A stretch of 64,000 nucleotides of DNA from Ostrea edulis (Eukaryota): assembly GCF_947568905.1 (NCBI RefSeq), contig NC_079169.1:53630001-53694000 (forward strand). The letters are read 5' to 3'. The notes under the pieces are model-generated. The model was not told the DNA's origin and made no database searches. It worked only from the letters and a program-made list of their open reading frames with translations. Both the position numbers and the translations under genes were made by a program. This document shows, piece after piece, positions 25,313-38,700 of the stretch (positions within the stretch are counted from its first letter, which is position 1; each line of letters begins with the position of its first letter).

Positions 25313-25750
25313 AGGGACTGGTTCACGGTTTTTTTGGGGGGGGGGTTAAAAATTTTTTTTTTCATTTTTGATGTTAAACATTAAAAATTATATCTCATTT
25401 GAAATGTTGACAGTCAAAATTTTGACCATCTGAATGCAAGAATAAAAGCAAAATATGTGTTATGTAAACAAGGACTCAAGTCTTTTTATGTTTACAAACA
25501 AACCAGTAAAATGTTAATTTTGTAATTTAAAGCATCTTATAATTTTGCAATGTCAAAAATTTTACTTTTAGATGACACATTTTACCAAAAGAATACTTGA
25601 AATGACTTAGATCGATATCCATTTCTTTTAAAAATTTCGTAAACTACCGACTTAATTTTTTGTGTGAAACCTTTTAAACCCATTAGACAGTAGGTTTTGA
25701 TCATTATAAGTGAAAAACAAAATTTGAGAGGAAATCGTGAATCGGTCCCT
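25313..25750. mobile_element. Kolobok-like MITE, second copy
   Basis: TTAA TSD; TIR AGGGACTGGTTCACG / CGTGAATCGGTCCCT; inverted relative to 11723-12202. Confidence 0.8.
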
Positions 25751-26539
25751 TTAAAAAAAGAAGAGCATGAAAAACCAAACAAATTGCCCAAATTTTCTGC
25801 TTGCCAGGTTATTTTAAAATTAGTCTGAAATAACTGACGTTTTCCAGGTTTTTATTTAGGTATTTTTTGTTCTTCTAATTTTCTTTTTAGCCTGGTAGGT
25901 AAAATATCAAAATGGTAAGGAAAACACCCTGAATTTATGAAATTTTCCATTGATTTTTGGCAATTTTATGCCAACTTCACCCTCCTGTCATACAACACAA
26001 AGCAATTTCGGATCAAATTAAATGTAGTTTTGATTTGCTTATATATTCCTTATATGAATGCCAGATTTTGGGACCCCTGCATAAATCATCTATTTTCTGG
26101 GCCAGATGACAGTAGTAACTGAACCTACTTCTTTCTTCCACTCTCTGAGATATAAATAACAAAACCTTTTGATATATTGAATTACTTTTATTGGGAGAAC
26201 TTACATTTTTTCCAAAAGCCCTTAAAATTTGCGTCATATTATTAAAAATGACAGAATATAGTAAAAATGACTACATAGTAGACATATTTCAAACCCTAGA
26301 AGCTTCTGGGTCCCCACCAGAGCCAATGGGGGCCTCATGGTGGCCCCTAGACCTTCTGCCTCATATAAAGTTGCGCCCCCTAATCGCCATTCCTGAATCC
26401 GCCCCTGCAAACAAAATAAGGAGGAGGGGGATGAACACCCACCCACCCCGCACCTTGTGAACAACACCTCTATAAATCTAAACCGAAATGACGTTTATTA
26501 TATTGGGTTCTTTGTGATATATCTGGGGTTATATAGGGT

Positions 26540-26760
26540 AAAAAGATGTACCGGTGTTGTAGCATAGACTTTTTCCCCCGCATAGACTTTCCCCCCGGAA
26601 AAACGGGCCCGGGATAGATCTTCCCCCATAGAGGGAAAAAGCGCCCCAGCATATAATTTCCCACTATGTACAAAGTAAGTATAGAATTTTCCCCTGGGCG
26701 GAAAAACCGCCCTGGTATAGAATTTTCCCCCTCCTGTTTCGGATTTCATCGACCGGAATC
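26540..26760. repeat. Short element with repeated TATAG(A)..TTTTCCCC motifs
   Basis: About six related ATAGAxTTT(T)CCCC units; on the minus strand it ends CTACAACACCGGT. Probably a non-autonomous element; family not assignable. Confidence 0.45.
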
Positions 26761-26825
26761 TTTTTTTTCTCATGTAGAAGCTTTTGAATAAATATAGAAA
26801 CTATATACTATCTAAAAAAAATTGC

Positions 26826-28610
26826 AGAGCCAATTAGTCTGACTGATGCTGGAAAAATCTTTAGAACAGAAATGGAAAAGTCTCAGAAAGAAATCGACAG
26901 GGCACTGATATGAAAGGCACTTCGAGGATCCTTCAAAGAAAGAAGGCTTTACATAACAAAAAAGCATGATGGGAACCTCAAAGAGCTGTTAAAAAGCTTT
27001 CATTTCTTGGGGGGAAAAGAATATGTAATTAATGTTTTTTCTCTTTAAACAATACTGTTACTTTAAAAAAAAAAACAGTAGTGGCAATGAATATGAAAGT
27101 AATTATTTTTCATGTCTTCAAAACTTAGTTGCACTAAAGTGAAAGACGATCTAAAAACAAATTGCTCTCAAACTTCACTGACAGTATTTTATTTTACATT
27201 TTATTTCAAAGGTAGAGAAGGAATTTTTCCTGTTGAAACCCAATGTCAAGAAAGATGACATTGCGGAGAACTGGACAGAAACCTTATCTCACTTGGATAT
27301 GGTTTTTGGGTCTGAAAATCAAAGTGAGGTATGTAAATTTGGTTCATGTATCCATATGTTGTTCAATTTTTCTTCATATTTAGTTGAGAGTGTTTTAACC
27401 CTGGATTTTTTTCTATAACTTTTAAGGAGGAGGATGGTAGTGTTCCTGGTGCTGCTGAAGAGTTCAGACTTTTGAAAAAACTTCAGCAGAACATCTCCTA
27501 TTATCACAAGGGAAAGTCTGGAAAGAACCCATTAATGATGACCATTAAGATAAACTATTAAATTTGTTTTATTTACACTAAGATTGAGAGTATTAGAATG
27601 TTGAATGCACATTCATATATTGCGTTTTACGCTTGATAATACTGTTTTATTTCATAGTGTATATCCTATTCACTTATTGTAGCCTACTGAAATGAATTCA
27701 TTGATGAATAAGACGGATGACCCTCCAAGACTGATATTTGTACAAGGAGAACGAGGCATATGCAATGCCTATATCATAGCTGGAGGGATCCAAATGGAAG
27801 TTCCGAAAGACTTGAAGGATGCCTTAACCTTTCCTCTTTTCGCTTATTATGTTTGGGATTTGGCGTACCCTAAGAATTATCAGCTTCTGGGATTTTTACA
27901 AGTATATATTCTTAAAGACAGGGGGAACAAATTGGCAATGAGCCAAAATTATTTAAAATTCACAAAAATGTTTGATGACTTGAAATGATAAATTTGATTT
28001 CTGCAATAGATACAGACAGGGCTAAGACATACATTCGCCTTTTATAGCTCACTTGTTTTTAACAATGAACAGCCCATGGGTCTTTTGAGCTTTTAACATA
28101 TATGTATAGACACGTGCGTCTTTGGAAGTGACATAAATGTAAACAATATCTACATTTAAAGTCATATTCATCTAATAACTTCATTTATATTGTAGACAGT
28201 ATTGCTCAATTTTGTCATTTTTGAATGTACATCAAAATGTAAAGAAATATTTAGAATACACAGCACTGTCTCACTTGAATATTCAATCAATCCAATGTGA
28301 ATGTAGATGTAAGAGCAATTTTAACTAGCATATTAAACATGATGTTTCTAAGAAAATAAACCTTTAAATGGAAACAATTGTTGTACTTCAAGTTTTCCAG
28401 CGGACTATAGGTGTCTAGTTTCTAAACGCATATCTTAAAGTGTTTAGAATTGTGTTGAAAATCTAAATATGTAAGCGTTTAGGTTCTAAACACTTAATTT
28501 CCATTACCCGTAATGAAAATCAACACGTTTAGAATTTAAACATGTTTTAAAAAGTGTGACAAGAATGTGTTTAGAAATGTGTCTTTCGTCTAAACACATT
28601 TTTTACAGTG
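26826..28610 (+). mobile_element. Truncated CACTA/EnSpm-like element with a decayed spliced accessory gene
   Basis: Right end CTAAACACATTTTTTACAGTG (CACTG terminus) with GTGTTTAG/CTAAACAC subterminal repeats at 28420-28610. Exon-like segments at about 26826-27016 (in-frame TGA at 26911), 27211-27329, 27420-27550 and 27692-27988 (..LFAYYVWDLAYPKNYQLLGFLQVYIL.., like the SAMD3-like EnSpm accessory C-terminus). Left TIR not seen. Confidence 0.6.
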
Positions 28611-29749
28611 TATGCACGCAGAAAGAGGCAGTCGGTCCGCGGAACCTCTGTTTGGCAATATCACAATTGTAATCATTCAATAATTTAAGTGTTTAGTAAA
28701 CTGTCACAAACTGCTTAATTAATAGATGCTTCGTATAACATTTATTTCTCTTTTTTATTTCTTCTTTCTTGACCGAACGATGTGCACGCCACATGTGGTG
28801 TTCTGGTGTACAGACAGCTATACGCCCCTGTCACCTCTCAATGAGTAAAATATTTCCACAGAGACGTAACAAACAAAAGAAAACGTTTTATGAGTATGTG
28901 TGTTTAATTTATGTTATTCAGGTAAGCGACACATTTCTATCTACATACCACGAATATGAAATTGATAAAGATTTTAATTTTATTTTTAAAACACATGTAA
29001 ATTTCACATTTTTCTGCGGGTTGAGACGCGTATTAAGTAGATATGAATGAATTCGTTACCTGTTCGCACCAAGCTGAGCTGGCGAAAAACAATATTTATT
29101 TACTTTAAAGTACAAACGAAAAGCCCAACACATTTTCCCGAAATTGCATATTTGATTTCATAAATAAATTTCCCGTCTTACCGTCCCCCACCAAAGCACA
29201 GTGCAGTAACAGTAAAATTGGGGAAGTACACTTCTTGGTGGTGGGTCCCGGGTCCACGTGGCACAAGTGAATCTATAACTGTCACAGGTATAACTGTCTT
29301 ATATATGATAAAATATTCATTTATTAGATATGGTACTAAGCCTTCATTTTACGCATTTGTTTAACACCTTATTCAGTAAATGAAACTTATTAACCTTTCA
29401 CTTTTCAAAAAATAAAACGGCACATGGAGAATTGATTTGGAGGGGGGGGGGGGAGAGAGAGAGAGAGAGAGCGGGGGAGGGGTCACTATGACAGCGTAAG
29501 ACTTGAAATAAGTGAAATTTGTTCTGTAACAAAGGTCTTAGTGGCCAAAACAAAATTAAAATGTAAAACTTTTCAATTATTTAAGTTTAGCAGATTTTCA
29601 CGGGGGCAGGGATGAAGAAAACTGGCAAGAAGAGAGTCATGTTGATCCTAATTGCATCGGACAAAATATTTGATCCGCTCCTATGGAACATGGTGGACTC
29701 CGGACTGTGGCTGAAGACGAAACGTTTTATGTAATGATTAATGAACATG

Positions 29750-29850
29750 TGAAGGGCAAACACGGAACCCTGGACACACCAGAGGTGGGATCGGGTATCT
29801 AGGAGGAGCAAGCATCCCCTGTCGACCGGTCACACCCGCCGTGATATGCC
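29750..29850 (-). mobile_element. 3' fragment of the Penelope-like element
   Basis: GGGCAAACACGGA.CCCTGGA.ACACCAGAGGTGGGATC..TAGGAGGAG.AAGCATCCCC block, shared with 39720, 52985, 55770, 57135 and 61010. Confidence 0.75.
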
Positions 29851-30259
29851 CCGAAATTTTGAGTTCATCAACATAGCCAGAACGGAAGAAACTGTTATAG
29901 ATGCCCCACGAATTACTCCCGACATTACACATCGAAAAGGGAACTCGATAAAGGAGGTTCTACTACACATAGTATACAAAGAGAAACCGCAAATTTATTT
30001 ATTTTTAACTTCACATTGTCAAGGTGTTTTTTTGTGATATTGTTCAAAGGAATGACGTCACAAAAGTTCGACATTGTGAAGACGTTTATTGTCTTGAAAA
30101 ATATAAACTACATTCGTCTAGGAATGATCAAGATAAGTAATAAAACTAAAGTTCAACACCGGACATTGTACATTTTGATGGAGAATATGTTTGGGGTTTT
30201 TGTTTTTTGTTTTTTTTTTGTTTTTTTTGTTTTGTTTTTTTTTGTTTTTGGTTTAACAC

Positions 30260-31010
30260 CGAACATTGTAAATTTTGGTGAGGCGTATGAATTCTATTTG
30301 ACACCGGACTTTACACATTTTGGTGGAGTGTATGATTTCTATTTGACACCGGACTTTACACATTTTGGTGGGGTGTATGATTTCTATTTGACACCGGATT
30401 TTACACATTTTGGTGGGGTGTATGATTTCTATTTGACACCGGACTTTACACATTTTGGTGGGGTGTATGATTTCTATTTGACACCGGACTTTACACATTT
30501 TGGTGGAGTGTATGATTTCTATTTGACACCGGACTTTACACATTTTGGTGGGGTGTATGATTTCTATTTGACACCGGTCTTCACACATTTTGATGGTGTG
30601 TATGAATTCTATTTGACACCGGACTTTACACATTTTGGTGGGGTGTATGATTTCTATTTGACACCGGTCTTCACACATTTTGATGGTGTGTATGAATTCT
30701 ATTTGACACCGGACTTTACACATTTTGATGGTGTGTATGATTTCTATTTGACACCGGACATTGTACATTTTGATGGAGAATATGTTGGGTTTTTTGTTTA
30801 ACACCGAACATTGTAAATTTTGGTGGGGTGTATGATTTCTATTTGACACCGGGACTTTACACATTTTGGTGGGGTGTATGATTTCTATTTGACACCGGAC
30901 TTTACACATTTTGGTGGGGTGTATGATTTCTATTTGACACCGGACTTTACACATTTTGGTGGGATGTTTGATTTCTATTTGACACCGGATACTATACATT
31001 TTGATGGAAA
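30260..31010. repeat. 45-bp minisatellite
   Basis: Unit TTTCTATTTGACACCGGACTTTACACATTTTGGTGGGGTGTATGA, about 16 copies; gives the ORFs 30016-30801 (+) and 30253-31032 (-). Confidence 0.95.
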
Positions 31011-34000
31011 ATATGTTTTCTATTTGATTCATTCACTTTGCGTTCACTTTATGTGCATCTCAATCTGGTCATATATAGACGGACACGAGGAATTTCATTG
31101 CCCCGTGGTGTTTTCCGTGTACACCTCGTATATATTGTCGATTCTTCATGAACAAATTTGACCAAAGATATTTTTGACGTTTTGTCGGCAATGGGGTTTT
31201 GTTTTTTTTAATTTGAGAAATCAATGCATGTGTCATAAATTCTAGAAATACCCAGTTACCGAGGTGTGTTTGTATACATGTACATTTGTTCCCCTAAGAT
31301 CACGAAATGCTTTCAAGAGAATTTGCATCACGCAGAATCTGGCGCATTGAATGTTTGTTGATGATGTGGAAATGTGTCGTCATTGGTATCATCGTTGTCG
31401 TTGAACATCTTATCATTGAATCATTGGGAGAAAATCAACCAAACTTCACAAGGGGTATCCATGGTATCTACAGGAAAAGATTATTGGAGTTTATATATGA
31501 ATGAAACCGCACATTTCCAAAGGAAGATGAGTCGGGAATACTGAATGCAGTTGTATGTGAGGTTCTCAAAATTCTTATCAAGAATTACCCAAGCTAAGAA
31601 ACCAAGCGAAGCTTCCATCATCAAGTTTGGTCAACAGACAATATTGTCTCTTTGTGGCATTTTAAGTCATGAGTAGATTGGCAGAGATTTCATATCTCTC
31701 AAGTCACAGAAAAATAATTAATGTTTGAAATGAGCTCGATCACAGAAACATGCTTTCTTTGATGTGAAAGAAAATTGAAAACAATACACCCCACATATTC
31801 TAATCCCCCAAACAAAATGAAATATTCCACATGTCCTGACAGTTTCATTGTTCTTCCCACTTCCCCTTTTATTTGCACCCAATTTCTGAGTTTGGGTGTT
31901 AAAATAGGAATACGTAACAAATTCTTTAAATGAACAACAAGTGTGCAATTTGTAAAATTAATATGAAAATTTCACATTGTAAAGGTTAAAGTAAGCGTTC
32001 ACACCCAGACGTCCGGAGTCAGGGCCGAGCTACTGTAAGGGGTTAAAGTTTAACAGCAGAATGTACATACCCTGTAAAAAAATATCTTCTTAAGGATCGC
32101 AGGTCTACAATTACGTGTAATCATCAAACATTCTCGTGTAGGGTAGATTCATTTTAATCGACAGGATGAACCTCGGAGCCAGGGTGGAGCAAATTAATGT
32201 TTGTACTTTGGAATGTATGGGGGGAAATATTTTTATAGGACCGCACGTCTTTAATTTCTCAGGTCAAAATGCGCACACATCCTCATGTAATGTAGAATCA
32301 ATCTCCTGGACCTCATGACAGGGCAGTACCGCACCTCCCTGTAACAGTTTTATAATATCCCAGGGTTTACTTCGCTGAATTGACGTGTAGGAATATTGTT
32401 TTCCTATTTGCAACATTGTTTACGGAGCTACGCGGTCACTCTAAAACGTCCGCGATGACGTTGACCCCCGTATTCAATAATTAAGAAGCTAATTAGAGCC
32501 ACTCAAGTTTTCCCGCTGGTAAGTCACAATTCAATATTTTAAGAACTATATTTTCATTTTGAAAATTCCAAAGGTAACAAATATTTTTTTTTTAAAGTTT
32601 TTATGAAATTATAAGTTGAAATTTCTCATACAGGCAACATAAGGCGCATTTATTTTATGAATACTAATTTTTTTTTAGTCAAAAGTAAAATTTTCGATAG
32701 AATAAAGATATATATATATATATAAGTCACAACTCTGTAGGGTTGGGCACGGGGGGGGGGGTGTACACACCACCCCTGATCTTTGGCAGGACCATCTTAA
32801 CTTTAAAAAGGTGTCATTTCGTGACATTTTATGATCTGCAACCCCCTCTTTGGTGTGGAAAAAGTACATATTAATACTAACACCCCCCTCCGTGGCAATG
32901 TTCCTCCCAACAGTGAAAAACAAAATGTTTCAATTTGAAGAAAATATTCGGAAGCTTAGCAAACTACAAAAATAGTGGACCGTGAAGAATGCTTTTGGTT
33001 TTTACAGAATGAGTAGAAACTTATGATTTTAAATTTTTTTCGTATAACACATATTTGAAAAAGTATTGAAAAGTTTGAGAACGGCCACTGTGTGGTTAGA
33101 TAGGGTGAGTTACCGCGAGTGGATAGCATAAGAGTTCATGTGAAATATCTCGAAAAATTAAAATTAAAATTTTTATCATTGGATGGTGATGGGAAAACGG
33201 AGTACAAAATATTAAAGTTTAAAAACGATGTGACAGGACGGGAAATGAAGTTTAAATTTTCACTCCCTGGGCAGATACAGCCACAGTTAGATGCAAAATT
33301 TGGATTGCTACAAAAAATATGAGAAAAAAGCAGCTGGTATTTTAGTCTCATTGTGAAAGTACACCATCTATTTCCTAGATAATTTACATTTTACTTTCTT
33401 TTCCGTCAGAATATTCCTATAGCCGTTAGAATAGTCGAACTATATATATCAAGATTGATACGCAGACTGTTCACATTCATGAGAAAATAACTATCATTTC
33501 TATTGGTAAAGATATCGAAGGAAAAAAACAACCTTGACCTCTGCTGGATCGACGTTTGACTTTGGGGACTTGTTTTTCCCCGTGCTTACTGTCAACGTAA
33601 TCATTTGAATCCCTTTGTAAAAATGCAAATATTTCAATCTGTCCGATCCCGTTGAAAAGGTGCATTTGTTGCACCAGAAAGAAATGATAGTTTGATTTAT
33701 TTATTGTGTAGTACTTACTGGTAGCTAGGTGTCGACATTAATTAAAGCACGGAAGTACGGTCGCTTGTTACTTATAAAAGAAAACATCTTAAACTTTTAA
33801 ATTAATCCATAAACTCTAACGCATATTTACTGTGCGCAAAAGGTGTACATACGGGTAAAAAAAAAAATCACAAATACGAATTTTAGAATAAAAACAATCA
33901 GGAAACAACAACTCACGCCTGTGGTCTCTCCAGATGTAAACGTGTCATTGTTTCCTATTTGACTAGATATTACGTAACACAAGGCGTATATTGACCCTGT

Positions 34001-35445
34001 TGTGGTATTTATAAACAAATTGTTTTGATTAATAAAATCTGTGGTTTTGTCTGCCTACTTCATTCGGATTAAACTAAGTTTACATTGTTCAAACTTGATT
34101 ATTATTCATTTGACAGCGTATGATACTGTGCCCGAGAAACCCAACGGAAAAAATATATATGTCAATATATATCTCCCAAGGACATTTACACTGGTACATA
34201 AGTAAGTAAGTAGGCAGATTTTATTTAAAGTCGGCACTATATACATTCAAACACCTACACTTAATGTAGAAGTGTTCGCAAGACCTCGTCCTAGCCGAAG
34301 GGGCCAGTGCCCGCCCCCTACGGATCTCGTAAAAGGATAAATACATCTATAATATTATTTATGTTTGTCAGTCCTGTGAAATCATGACAGTAACAACCAC
34401 CTTAAAGAAATAAGAATGGTCAGTTATTCAAATACACAATCAAATAAATGACAATAAACATGAAATAAGAATGGTCATTTATTCAAATACACAATCAAAT
34501 AGATGACGAAAAACAAAGATATATACAGTTGAAATAAATAGACTAGGGGCAATATTATGCCAAAAAGCAGCGGTTCAGTAAAAAGTGTTTGACTAGAAAA
34601 AGCATATATTTTTACATTATGCACCCGCGTTGAAAATACACTACGGATGACAAGGAAGTGTCCTTGAGTCATAATAGAAAACTAATACAAACACGTACCA
34701 ATAAAAGTGAAAAATGTACATGTACTCAAACATCTATAGTAATATTACATCATAAGAAAACTAACCATATTTATTAAAAATATATGTACATGTACCGCAA
34801 AAAGACAAAGTGGGGCGTCATCTGCCACCGTAACAAGGTAGCATCAAATTAGTGCCAGGAAAAATTCCTTAGGCTGGCTTGTTACATTTATTCAACGTGT
34901 AAAACCCAACTATAAGGGAATTATTTTTTGGACTCTCCCATTCTTTTATTTCCTGCGTAACTAGACTGACACATTCTGATTGGTTAATAAGTCAGTGATT
35001 GATAAACATGCTACCGACTGAAACTCGGAGTAAAAATATGCGGCGTCATAATGAATTTAATGAAATGGAAAATATTAACGACCGCGATTGTGAATACGTA
35101 AAATCATAATTTATTTCCACAATTTCTCAGCAAAGTCCAAAAGTGATAGGAAAACTTTATCTAAAGTTTTATAAGTAGGGATAATATATTTCAACTTTTG
35201 AACATCACAGAAAATTTGAAAGCCCCCCTTCCCCTCTCTCTCTTAAGGAAATTTTAAAAATATTTGTATTTATTACAACCAAAGGAAACCAAAAATTAAA
35301 AATCAACACATGCATCTGTTTTCGATTTTCTTTGATATGTCTTTTGTACATTTTTATAATAGTTGATAAAATAGATTGATTCCTGGCAGTAAGCAAACTT
35401 GTCACATTTGGTGCTGCGTCTCACAGATTCCATTCCAGAATGACA

Positions 35446-35725
35446 TCACGTGACGGGAATGGGAGTAATCAATCAATTATTGCTTAAACTTGCATTGGTC
35501 GGTCAAATAATTACTACTTTTCTTTTAGTGTAATTGCATATAATTAACTTTTAATCAATGACATTAGACGAGTCATGTGACTATGATTACGTAAACAGCA
35601 GGAAATTCCTTAAGAACTTATAAAAGGAAATCACATTGTATGATCTTACTAATTCGACACTGCAACAGTATATTTAACTTAATTTAGATTAATGTTGGAT
35701 TGCAAATTATACAAAAACTGTCCAG
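35446..35725 (+). promoter_or_regulatory. Candidate peroxidase promoter and non-coding first exon
   Basis: TCACGTGA 35446, AGTCATGTGACT 35571, TTACGTAA 35587, GGAAATTCC 35601, TATAAAAG 35619, then a consensus donor CAG|GTAAG at 35725/35726. The first coding exon has an acceptor 2 nt before the ATG (40813), so an upstream exon is expected. Confidence 0.5.
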
Positions 35726-38700
35726 GTAAGGTTTTTCTGATACTCGATAATAAACTCACATTTTAGCTCATTAGCTATATTATACTCGAAAAATAAATTC
35801 GCCAAAATTTTTTTCTTCAGTTTGTTTTTAAATTCTTGTTTTTATGTGTTTGTAATTAACGAGTAACTGACTGAAATGAATTGAATATATTTTATTGTTT
35901 GTGACACAGATAGACTGGATACAAGTTTTTACAACTTGAAAACCCTCTCCATTATACAATGCAAAATAAATTGTTTATGAAGCTTTCTACAGCGGTAAAA
36001 ATTGCTTCGTTGACTGGAAAAAAAATATAATTTAATATTTTTCATCATTTAGCTACAGAATATGGCAACACACGTAATTTTGTATGCATCTGCTTGTCGT
36101 GTTTCTGTATTCTAATTTCATTGGGATACGATTTAACCCACTCAAGCGCAGATAAAACTGAAGATCAGTGAAAAATAACTGAAAGAATGAATCAAGACGA
36201 ACTCACATCAGTAGATAGGTGACTGGGAAATCTTAAGATTGACTCGCACATCAGTATAGGGGGAGGGGGGCTGGGAAATCTTAATATTGACCCGAACATC
36301 AGTATATAAGTGACTGGGAAATCTTAAGAGATTATTGATAAAATGAAAATGGCATTCGCAACTTTTGTTTTAAGTCTTACTCATGAAGATATGGCACATT
36401 TTCTATGCCTTCTTCATTTAAGGCTTACGCAGAATTTGGAATTCGATACTAAACTTTTGCGTACTTGCAAAGCAGCCCGTTTCCACTGTTTATTACGGAA
36501 TGCCTTTCTTTATAAAATAAGATTTTTTTTTATTTCAAGAACAAACGTAGGGTATGGAAGGTGGACCTAAGTCTAAGACAAGTTTACTGTTCCTGCCACT
36601 TTACCTTATATCAAACCTGTGGACTTTCTTATGGAAGTCATCACAAAAACATGTTTTGAAAAAATACCGACACCTTTTTATTTAATAGTTTTTACTTTCT
36701 ATAATTAGCTAAATCTTCAACTTACATGGCTTTCTTTTGTCATATTTTGGGTCCACTAGTGTTACTATATTACGGCCATAATTTCAAAATATGTTAATGC
36801 GCATACGTGACAAAAACCACTACATGAACCGCCAGACGGTCCGGATTAATGTTCTTATGGAAACAGCTTCATTTAGAAAGACTGAATAATGACACGGGGG
36901 ATGCGCTTAACAGATCATGAACAATCAGAGTAGTGTCTGTGGTAATTGTAATATGGTGGAATAAAACCAATAAAAACAAGTATTTACTGTTATACCTTAG
37001 TGTGAGATGACAAAAAACCGACCATTTTCTCAAACGATTTTTACCGTGTTGTAGACATCGTTTCTGCGCAATCCGCCCTAAGAAAATAGAATACTAAATC
37101 ACCATGCTAGGTCAAAGGCCACAGGCGGAAAAATCTTTCTCTGGGTTCTTCATCAACATGAAACAGCGAATCACCTTTACAATCGGAAGTTGTCGGTACG
37201 CATGCACGAAACCACAAAAAAGGGGGATTTTGATACTAGCAATAATCACCATAACAATACACTTTGTAGTGAATCCATATTACGGACCTACACATCTCAA
37301 AATGTGCTTGCCTTCGATATCTTTACCACAAGTTATGGTAGTCATTTCCTCAGTAATGCATTGCAGATGTGAACAATATGCATATGAATCTTGATAAACA
37401 TCGTACGACTGTGAATATTCAGAGAGAATTGAAAGTAGAATGTAAGAAAGAAAGAAATTTCAGTTTTGAAAATACATTCGAGTATGAAGCGTCGCAGCTC
37501 ATGCCTTAACATATTTTCAAAAATGAAAGGTATATCTTAAATAATACACAAGTACAATGTACAATTAAGAAAAAAGAATTCATTTAAACATAGAGCATTG
37601 TAGTTCTGAGTTCATACCCCCATGTATTTTTAGAAATGAAGATTATTTTTTATATTTACATTTTACTTTCATTTCTGTCGAAATTCCCAGTCGTTGAAAT
37701 GGACACTTGTATATGTTTATAACGGGTACAAAATAGCAAATTGTACAGTTCATAACGATTACAAACTAGCGATTTGTACAGGTTATTACAGGTAGAAAAT
37801 AATAACTTACACAGGTTATAAGGGTTACAAAATAGTAACGTGTACAGTTATAAGGGTTACAAAATAGTAACTTTTACTATTCTGTGTACGCTCAATGTTT
37901 ACAACTGCAATGCATTCATGAGGAAATTGCTATCATTACAATTTGTAAAGATATCAAAGGCAAACATATTGGAAATATGAATATTTGTCGAATACAATAA
38001 AAATTTGCGAACATGAAACAATTAATTGTTTTCATCGAAACAAATTTGTAATTTCTTCCTCCATTGTTTATGAATAGAAATAATTTTATATCAGAATCAG
38101 TGTAGTGCTGATAAAAGACTTGGATAATCAAGTCATCCAACTTGGGCCTGCGTATATCGAAACTTCCTCATGCGAGGAAACCTAAGGCCGAAAGTAAGAG
38201 GGCGATGGTGCCAGAAAGCTAAGTTGCGAATGCAAGAGTGCAAAGGCGAAGGAAGGATGATTTGGCTAGAGAGCGATGTTAGTTTTGCTCTACCCCCTTT
38301 GCATTTTTACTTCCGCAACTTTCCTTTTCCGTTTCGTCGCAGTTACACTTTCGCGTCTTCGACCTAAACGTTCCAGTAAAACACAGATTTCATTTTGTTT
38401 CTTTTTTCATGGATGCGTACCAAGAACTTACGAATGTAAAAAAAAAAAAAAAAAAAAAAAAAGCCATTGAGCAATTCAATGCGTGAAGTTGCAAAGGTAT
38501 TGCAAAGTTGCTACTGAGCTATTTTAGTTTTGCTTTGTTGACTTTGCTTTCTTCGCAGTTTCGTTCCTTCACATATTAATCCTAAATATGAAGGAGCAAG
38601 TAGCCTGATCAGAACATGATAATACTTTTAAAGTGTACAAAAATCGGTTAATGTTTATGGAAATAATTTGTTTGTCATAAAGTTTATTTGCTTGTCACCA

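Noticed and set aside
28750-29272. Possible small minus-strand exons (29272-29182, 29078-29060) and AATAAA signals
   Set aside because: Splice-like motifs exist, but all frames are open and none gives a recognisable or consistent protein; unsupported without RNA data.
30016-31032. Long overlapping ORFs on both strands (FYLTPDFTHFGGVYD / RCQIEIIHPTKMCKV repeats); CRISPR-like regularity
   Set aside because: A 45-bp head-to-tail minisatellite with no unique spacers; openness follows from a stop-free unit of 15 codons; no splice or promoter support.
31260-31710. Coding-looking stretch
   Set aside because: All six frames are interrupted and no motif is recognisable.
33119-33322. 67-aa ORF with a DGDGK motif (EF-hand-like)
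   Set aside because: GTG start, loop lacks canonical EF-hand positions, no flanking exons.
33917-34014. Minus-strand TATAAATA followed by an ATG and a GTGAGT donor
   Set aside because: No downstream exon continues the frame convincingly; may be chance in AT-rich DNA.
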